Shown: piece after piece, positions 18,656 through 24,293 of the stretch
Layout of the letters: every line of letters begins with the position of its first letter
Numbering within the stretch: the first letter of the stretch is position 1
Source of the DNA: Prochlorococcus sp. AG-355-B18
GTDB lineage: Bacteria; Cyanobacteriota; Cyanobacteriia; PCC-6307; Cyanobiaceae
Assembly (NCBI GenBank): GCA_003280965.1
Contig: QCDI01000014.1
Coordinates: 1-24,293, forward strand
Direction: 5' to 3'
Length of the DNA: 24,293 nt
Program-made: the position numbers and the translations under genes
Notes under the pieces: model-generated
The model's input: the letters and a program-made list of their open reading frames with translations, nothing else
What the model was told of the DNA's origin: nothing
Databases searched by the model: none

Positions 18656-19375
18656 TTAAGCTTCTATTTTTTCTATTATCCAATATTTTTTATCTTTAGG
18701 AATAAATCTCCAATTACGCCATTCAAAAAGTGAATATTGTTTTATCTTTAAGTGGTTTTCTTCACCTAATAAGGTGTCTAGTTCAGGTGAACTTAAAAGG
18801 TACTTTGTTTCTGCAAATTTTTTAATTAATTCATTGCGGGAAAATAATTCCTGAATTTCTGCAGGTGCATTTTTGTCAAAAAAATCAACAGAGGATTCTG
18901 CTTTTTTTAAGTTATTTTCTATAGAAATACCTTTGCTGTAATTAGTTGCAATTTTATCAACCCTATCATTTTGTTTATCCCCGCTATGACCTTTAACATA
19001 TTCCATTATTAGGCCATTAATTCTTAATTGATCAATTTTTTGCCATAGATCAAGATTTTGAACTGGTTTTCCTGAACTTGTTTTCCATCCATTTCTCTTC
19101 CAATTAATAATCCATTTTGTATACCCCTCTATGACATATTTACTATCAGTTCTTAGTTTAAAGTTCTCTTTTAATTGGTAGGTTTTTAATTTCTCAAGGG
19201 TTTTTATAGCCGCAGTGAGTTCCATTCTATTATTGGTAGTATTTTGCTCGGAACCACCTATTTCTAATTCGCTGTTATCGTCAAAAATTATTAAACCGCC
19301 CCAACCACCAGGACCTGGATTACCACTGCAAGCTCCATCTGTTGCGGCTTCAATCGCAATACTTTCACTATTCAT
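18656..19375 (-). CDS. rnhA: Ribonuclease HI with C-terminal extension
   Basis: TDGACSGNPGPGGWG, TTNNRMEL, TDSKY, WKRNGWKT, NLDLW, VKGHSG and NDRVD. About 90 extra C-terminal residues. Confidence 0.95.
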   Translation of the reverse strand: MNSESIAIEAATDGACSGNPGPGGWGGLIIFDDNSELEIGGSEQNTTNNRMELTAAIKTLEKLKTYQLKENFKLRTDSKYVIEGYTKWIINWKRNGWKTSSGKPVQNLDLWQKIDQLRINGLIMEYVKGHSGDKQNDRVDKIATNYSKGISIENNLKKAESSVDFFDKNAPAEIQELFSRNELIKKFAETKYLLSSPELDTLLGEENHLKIKQYSLFEWRNWRFIPKDKKYWIIEKIEA

Positions 19376-19383
19376 AATTTTTG

Positions 19384-19408
19384 AAGCCGATATTACGATT
19401 ATCGGCTT
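19384..19408 (-). terminator. Stem-loop downstream of rplL (terminator-like or mRNA-stabilising)
   Basis: AAGCCGATA (19384-19392) and TATCGGCTT (19400-19408) form a perfect 9-bp inverted repeat with a 7-nt loop, 14 nt after the rplL stop. No long U-tract follows it. Confidence 0.55.
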
Positions 19409-19422
19409 GAAAAAATGTACTC

Positions 19423-19818
19423 TTACTTAAGTGTAACTTTACCGCCAGCTTCTTCAATCTCTTTCTTTAAAGATTCAGCATCTGCTTTGGCAATTCCTTC
19501 TTTTACTGTTTTTGGTGCAGACTCAACAAGTGCTTTTGCATCACCAAGACCGAGACCAGTTGCATTTCTTACAACCTTAAGGACTTTGATCTTTGCAGCT
19601 GCATCAAAGCTTTCGAGAACTACATCAAATTCAGTTTTTTCTTCAGCAGCGCCACCATCTGCGTCACCGCCAGCTGTTCCTGGAGCTGCCATTACTACAC
19701 CTGCAGAAGCTGCAGCAGATACACCAAAAGCCTCTTCAATTTGCTTTACAAGCTCAGATGCTTCTAAAAGTGATAGAGCTTTTAATGATTCAAGAATTTC
19801 TTCAGTTTTTGCGGACAT
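19423..19818 (-). CDS. rplL: 50S ribosomal protein L7/L12
   Basis: [54 protein letters not shown] and EAGGKVTLK. Confidence 0.99.
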   Translation of the reverse strand: MSAKTEEILESLKALSLLEASELVKQIEEAFGVSAAASAGVVMAAPGTAGGDADGGAAEEKTEFDVVLESFDAAAKIKVLKVVRNATGLGLGDAKALVESAPKTVKEGIAKADAESLKKEIEEAGGKVTLK

Positions 19819-19846
19819 TTTCTTAAAAGTTAATTAGGTTTTGAAT

Positions 19847-20374
19847 TTAGGATTCTGATTTTTCAGAATGTTGTTTAAGTGATCTAGCAAGTCCAGAAGG
19901 TACTTCATTAATAGAGATCGCAATTTTTGTTGCAACGCCATTTAGAGCGCCAGCAATTTTTGCCATCAATACTTCTTTAGATGGAAGACTTGCAATTTCC
20001 TTTATTTCAGAATTGCTTAGAAGTCTGCCTTCAAATAAAGCTCCTTTGGTTTCGGATTTTTTGGTGTCTTTTTGAAAAGATTGGATAGCTTTTACAGCAC
20101 CACCAACATCTTCTTTGATTAAGACAAAAGCATTTGTTCCGGTCAGTAAAGATTCAAGATCGTTCCAATTACTATCTCCATCAATAGCTTTACGCATTAA
20201 TGAATTTTTAGTAACTTTGCAAATGCCATTAGTTGTTTGCAATCTAGATCGCAAATCTGACATCTCTTTGATAGTTAAACCTTTATAGTCAAGAACCACA
20301 GCCATTTCCGAGTCGTTTAAAAGAGATTTAATCTCAGTAACGATTTGTTGCTTATTCTCTAGTGTTCGGCCCAT
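19847..20374 (-). CDS. rplJ: 50S ribosomal protein L10
   Basis: [26 protein letters not shown] and LPSKE motifs. Lies between rplA and rplL. Confidence 0.97.
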   Translation of the reverse strand: MGRTLENKQQIVTEIKSLLNDSEMAVVLDYKGLTIKEMSDLRSRLQTTNGICKVTKNSLMRKAIDGDSNWNDLESLLTGTNAFVLIKEDVGGAVKAIQSFQKDTKKSETKGALFEGRLLSNSEIKEIASLPSKEVLMAKIAGALNGVATKIAISINEVPSGLARSLKQHSEKSES

Positions 20375-20381
20375 TGATGTT

Positions 20382-20532
20382 TTTTTGGATCGTGTTTAGG
20401 GAGAGCAGGAAATGCGGCAAAGTCCTTTTAAAGAGGCCGCTTTTATTAGATCCAAAAAGAAATAATTTAAGACGAGTCCTCGGTAGGAATTAAAAATTTA
20501 GAGTAACTAAATTAACCTACTTTCTTTGGCCG
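20382..20532 (-). ncRNA. Ribosomal protein L10 leader (cis-regulatory RNA)
   Basis: The minus strand reads GGCCAAAGAAAGUAGGU...UUAAUUCCUACCGAGG, matching the L10-leader core (CCxAAGAxxGUAGG / UUAA..CCUACxxAGG). Further hairpins follow up to the rplJ start. Confidence 0.85.
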
Positions 20533-20548
20533 TATTATTGCACTTTAA

Positions 20549-20554
20549 ATTATA
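20549..20554 (-). promoter_or_regulatory. Putative -10 element for the rplJ-rplL transcript
   Basis: Perfect TATAAT on the minus strand (plus ATTATA 20549-20554), between the rplA stop and the L10 leader. Confidence 0.5.
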
Positions 20555-20564
20555 CTACAAAGCG

Positions 20565-21272
20565 TTAACCTTCAGGTTGGTAATCTTGTACAGCATTTAT
20601 ATCTACTTGAACTGAAGGGCCCATTGTTGAAGTTACATAAAAAGTTTTCCAATACTTTCCTTTGGCTCCACTTGGTTTGTTTTTATCAATTGATTCTTGT
20701 AAGGTTTTTAAGTTGTCAAATAGAGCCTCTTTTGTGAAACTTGCTTTTCCAAAGCGGACATGAACGATTCCAGCCTTATCTGCTCTAAATTCGAGCTTAC
20801 CAGCTTTGAATTCTTTTATTGCATTAGCAATGTCATTAGTTACTGTCCCAGCTTTAGGATTTGGCATTAAACCTCTAGGTCCTAAAACTCTTCCTAATTT
20901 TGCAACCTTTGGCATCATATCTGGAGTTGCAATAAGTAGATCAAACTCCATATTTCCTTTGTTGATGCTTTCCACAAGATCTTCTTCGCCAAATAAATCT
21001 GCACCAGCAGCCTTAGCTTTCGATACATTCTCACCGCTTGTAATTACTGCAATTTTGATGCTTTGGCCAGTGCCATGTGGTAATGCAACTGTGGTCCTTA
21101 ATTGTTGATCAGTATATTTTGGATCAATACCTAGACGTATATGTGCTTCAATAGTTTCATCAAATTTTGCATTAGCATTTTCCTTGATAATACTAAGAGC
21201 TTCAAGTGGTGCGTAAATGCGATCTTCTATCTTTGTTGATAGAGCCGCCATTCTTTTAGATAGTTTTTTCAT
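20565..21272 (-). CDS. rplA: 50S ribosomal protein L1
   Basis: [42 protein letters not shown] and STMGP. Confidence 0.99.
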   Translation of the reverse strand: MKKLSKRMAALSTKIEDRIYAPLEALSIIKENANAKFDETIEAHIRLGIDPKYTDQQLRTTVALPHGTGQSIKIAVITSGENVSKAKAAGADLFGEEDLVESINKGNMEFDLLIATPDMMPKVAKLGRVLGPRGLMPNPKAGTVTNDIANAIKEFKAGKLEFRADKAGIVHVRFGKASFTKEALFDNLKTLQESIDKNKPSGAKGKYWKTFYVTSTMGPSVQVDINAVQDYQPEG

Positions 21273-21281
21273 AATAATATT

Positions 21282-21311
21282 GGGTGCAAACGGTTATTAA
21301 CTAACCTCCCC
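21282..21311 (-). promoter_or_regulatory. L1-binding autoregulatory mRNA element upstream of rplA
   Basis: mRNA GGGGA-GGUUA-GUUAA-UAACC-GUUUGCA-CCC forms a GGG/CCC helix, an asymmetric internal loop and a 5-bp upper helix. This is the architecture of the E. coli L1 operator. It ends 9 nt before the rplA ATG. Confidence 0.7.
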
Positions 21312-21338
21312 TAAATAGTGAGAAATTTTGTATTGAAC

Positions 21339-21764
21339 TCAATCAGTTACAGAGACGCCCATATTACGAGCAGTACCCTCAATTACTTTCATTGCTGATT
21401 CAACACTAGAACAGTTTAGATCAGGAAGCTTAGTTTTGGCTATTTCTTCTAATTGAGCTTTACTTATATTCCCAACAGAGCCTTTTGCGGATTCACCTGA
21501 ACCTTTCTCTATACCAGCTGCTTTTGTTATTAAGACAGAAGCAGGAGGTGTTTTTGTGATAAAAGTAAAGCTTCTATCTTCAAAAACAGAAATCTCGACT
21601 GGAATTACAAAACCTGCTTTATCTTGTGTCCTTGCGTTGTATTCTTTGCAAAATGCCATGATATTGACACCATGTTGTCCTAAAGCAGGCCCTACAGGAG
21701 GAGCAGGATTTGCTTTGCCTGCTTGTAGAGCAAGCTTGATAACTGCAACAATTTTTTTTGCCAT
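21339..21764 (-). CDS. rplK: 50S ribosomal protein L11
   Basis: [35 protein letters not shown] and GTARNMG. Confidence 0.99.
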   Translation of the reverse strand: MAKKIVAVIKLALQAGKANPAPPVGPALGQHGVNIMAFCKEYNARTQDKAGFVIPVEISVFEDRSFTFITKTPPASVLITKAAGIEKGSGESAKGSVGNISKAQLEEIAKTKLPDLNCSSVESAMKVIEGTARNMGVSVTD

Positions 21765-21831
21765 TAGATTAGAGAATTTAAGCTGGATTAGAAAAACATC
21801 ATTTTACTCGATAAACAAGAAAAATTAGAAA

Positions 21832-22443
21832 TTAATTTTGTTTATTGATTTGGGAGAATTCTAATTCTACAGGAGTCTCGCGCCCAAATATTGAAAGTAA
21901 TGCTTTTAATTTATTTCTTTCTCCAGAAACTTCTATAACTTCTCCCTGGAAATCCTTGAATGGACCGCTAGTTACAATGATTCTATCTTTTTCTTCAATA
22001 TCTAACTTGATTACAGCTTTTTTCTCTGATGCGCGCTTAAAGATTCTATTAACTTCTTGTCTTGATAAGGGTCTAGGTTTGATATGACCTCGCGATCTTC
22101 CGCTGCCTCTACCGTCTTCAGCACCGACAAAGTTAATTACATGTGGAGTACTTTTAACAGCCATCATTGTATCTTCATCCAAAATCATTCTTACGAGGAC
22201 ATAACCTGGGAAAACTTTTTCTTCAGTAGTTTGTCTGCTTCCATCTTTTTTTAATTTAATTCCTGGAGTTTGGGGAATTTCAATTTCAATGATTCTATTA
22301 TTAACACCTAAAGTTACTGATCTCTGCTCAAGAGTCGCTTTTACTTTTTTTTCACAGCTTGATGCTACTTGAACTGCATACCATCTTGCGATGCTTGTAT
22401 TTGCTTTTGAAGAAGCAAGGTTTGTAGTTAATTCATTACTCAT
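21832..22443 (-). CDS. nusG: Transcription termination/antitermination factor NusG
   Basis: WYAVQVASSCEKKV, KVFPGYVLVRM, KOW domain SGPFKDFQG, and IFGRETPVELEF. Confidence 0.98.
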   Translation of the reverse strand: MSNELTTNLASSKANTSIARWYAVQVASSCEKKVKATLEQRSVTLGVNNRIIEIEIPQTPGIKLKKDGSRQTTEEKVFPGYVLVRMILDEDTMMAVKSTPHVINFVGAEDGRGSGRSRGHIKPRPLSRQEVNRIFKRASEKKAVIKLDIEEKDRIIVTSGPFKDFQGEVIEVSGERNKLKALLSIFGRETPVELEFSQINKQN

Positions 22444-22494
22444 TTTTCTGGAAGCTTAATTAAGATCTTTATTAATGGATATTCGGGAGATAAT

Positions 22495-22737
22495 TCAACC
22501 AAAAATTTGCGAGGCTGCCCATCCATAGAATCTGCTAACAGAAGCAATGGCTGCAGCAGAAAAAGATACCATAATTATAACTGCTACTGATTCGCTAAAA
22601 AGTTGTTGTTTGTTAGGCCACACGACAAGTTTAAGCTCATTGTAGGTAGATCTAAAAAAATTATTCTTTTTTTTAGGCTCTTCGACTTCAGGAGAATCCT
22701 TTTTTAGAGGTTCTTTATTAGTAGTAGGTCTTGTCAC
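22495..22737 (-). CDS. secE: Preprotein translocase subunit SecE
   Basis: ELKLVVWP motif followed by a single transmembrane helix, directly upstream of nusG. GTG start. Confidence 0.93.
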   Translation of the reverse strand: MTRPTTNKEPLKKDSPEVEEPKKKNNFFRSTYNELKLVVWPNKQQLFSESVAVIIMVSFSAAAIASVSRFYGWAASQIFG

Positions 22738-22798
22738 AAAATTTTTTTGAAATTAAGCTTTTTACTTTAGTTTTTATTTTAGCTTATTGATTTACTCC

Positions 22799-24293
22799 TC
22801 AGCTAGGTTTGAAAACGATCTCATCTTTTTTAGCAGGGTTAAGTTTAATTGTTATATTTTTTTTATTTTTAAAGTTATCCTCTAAAAGTTTTGCAGCCAA
22901 TGGATTTTCTATTTGTCTTCTAAGTTCCCTACTAAGTGGCCTAGCACCATATTCAGGTTCGTAAGAATCGTTTGCAATTTTGTTGATAACTTTTTTGTCT
23001 ATAGCGATATTTATTTTCTGCTCAAGTAGCAGGTTCTTTAAATCTTCTGTTTGTAGAATGATTATTTTTTGAAGTTCATCAATAGATAATGGATCAAACT
23101 TTACCACTTCGTCAATTCTATTTAAAAATTCAGGTCTAAAAATTGAAGACAACGCATTACTAATTGAATCATCTAGAGATTGTTGATCTTTTTCTAACTT
23201 TCCCTCACTTTTAGAAATCTTGTGTGAATACTCCAGTATAGATTTACCAGCTAGGTTACTTGTCATAATGATTACAGTATTTTTGAAATCTACGGTCCTT
23301 CCTTGAGAGTCCGTTAATCTTCCTTCATCTAAGACTTGCAAAAGGATATTAAATACTTCTGCATGTGCTTTCTCTATCTCATCAAGAAGTATTACTGAAT
23401 AGGGTTTACGTCTTACAGCTTCAGTTAATTGACCTCCCTCTTCATAACCAACATAACCTGGGGGAGCTCCCAAAAGTCTTGCTACGGCATTTTTCTCCAT
23501 ATATTCACTCATGTCTAATCTCAAAAGAGCGTCTTCTTCATCAAATAAAGCTGTTGCAAGAGATTTTGCTAATTCTGTTTTACCAACACCAGTAGGACCC
23601 ATAAATAAAAAAGATCCAACAGGTCTTTTAGGACTTTTCATGCCAACTCGAGCTCTTCTAATTGCAGCAGAAACAGCTTCTATGGCTTTTTCTTGTCCAA
23701 TAACTTTTTCACTTAGTTCTGTTTCTAGATTGACTAATTTCTTTCGTTCATTTGAAACTACTTTAGAAATTGGAATACCTGTGATTTTTGATATAACATC
23801 TGCAATATCATCAGGTTCAACTTGATATTTAAAAGGGAAATTTCTATTTTTCTTCATTTTATTAAAGTTCGCTTCAACTTTTTGTATGTCATTCTCTATT
23901 TCACTTAACTCTTCTTCAAGCTTTTCTAAATAATCCAGATCATTTTCAATTTCGCTATTTGATTTATCTTTAATTTGTTTGGTTAGCTTATCTTCTTCTT
24001 TCATTAAAATAGATAATTCCTCCATTTCTTCACGTAAATTGTTCCAATTTTCCAAAAGAACGTTCAATTTTGCCTCTGATTGTTGTCTATTATTCAATAG
24101 TTTTTCTTGAGCTTCGATATTTCCTCCTTGCAAATTATTCAATTGTTCATTAATAGTATTAAGTTTGTTCTCTTGTTGAAGAATGATTGAAGGCATATTA
24201 TTAGACTCGATTTTCAACTGTGCAGCTGCTTCATCAATTAAATCTATTGCACTATCAGGGAGACATTTATCGCTGATGTATCTATCGGCCAAT
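22799..24293 (-). CDS. clpB: ClpB-family AAA+ chaperone, C-terminal part (5' end outside window)
   Basis: End of NBD1 (RYISDKCLPDSAIDLIDEA), a long coiled-coil middle domain, and NBD2 with GPTGVGKT, DMSEYMEK, GAPPGYVGY, LLDEIEKAH, RPEFLNRID and GARPL. No IGF/LGF ClpP-docking loop. Confidence 0.9.
   Translation of the reverse strand, partial: LADRYISDKCLPDSAIDLIDEAAAQLKIESNNMPSIILQQENKLNTINEQLNNLQGGNIEAQEKLLNNRQQSEAKLNVLLENWNNLREEMEELSILMKEEDKLTKQIKDKSNSEIENDLDYLEKLEEELSEIENDIQKVEANFNKMKKNRNFPFKYQVEPDDIADVISKITGIPISKVVSNERKKLVNLETELSEKVIGQEKAIEAVSAAIRRARVGMKSPKRPVGSFLFMGPTGVGKTELAKSLATALFDEEDALLRLDMSEYMEKNAVARLLGAPPGYVGYEEGGQLTEAVRRKPYSVILLDEIEKAHAEVFNILLQVLDEGRLTDSQGRTVDFKNTVIIMTSNLAGKSILEYSHKISKSEGKLEKDQQSLDDSISNALSSIFRPEFLNRIDEVVKFDPLSIDELQKIIILQTEDLKNLLLEQKINIAIDKKVINKIANDSYEPEYGARPLSRELRRQIENPLAAKLLEDNFKNKKNITIKLNPAKKDEIVFKPS

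Noticed and set aside
19415..19837. 140-aa and 77-aa plus-strand ORFs antisense to rplL
   Set aside because: Shadow ORFs of a biased, highly expressed gene, with no recognisable motifs.
22738..22798. Possible tRNA-Trp upstream of secE, as found in many bacteria
   Set aside because: The gap is only 61 nt, AT-rich, and has no cloverleaf or T-loop motif.
774..23825. Other short ORFs of 60-110 aa, antisense to or nested within core genes
   Set aside because: All lie within or largely overlap well-supported genes, and none shows independent coding evidence.
1..24293. Novel multi-gene system, genomic island, CRISPR array or mobile element
   Set aside because: The window is almost fully tiled by housekeeping genes of similar composition. 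I saw no integrase, transposase, repeat array or cluster of unknown genes.

Overview
Very AT-rich, densely packed core-genome segment of a marine picocyanobacterium, most likely a high-light Prochlorococcus marinus. This assignment is inferred from the low GC, tiny or overlapping intergenic spaces, cyanobacterial protein variants and gene order. Gene order: dgkA (3' end), trpG/pabA, MBL-fold protein, hisC-like, argS, nadC, mnmE, DUF2062-like, rel/spoT, double-NBD ABC ATPase, rluD, rbgA/ylqF, pgk, exported hypothetical, murG, cobD/cobC-like, pyrD, rnhA, rplL, rplJ, rplA, rplK, nusG, secE, clpB-like (3' part). I saw no tRNA/rRNA, mobile element, CRISPR array, defence locus or compositional island, and cannot support a new multi-gene system here. 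The best second-look items are cis-regulatory elements and divergent domains: an L10 leader with an extra start-proximal helix, an L1-binding site before rplA, a hairpin between rplL and rnhA, an NtcA-like site before pgk, an RNase HI C-terminal extension, a ClpB with a remodelled middle domain, and an exported MBL-fold protein lacking its metal motif.
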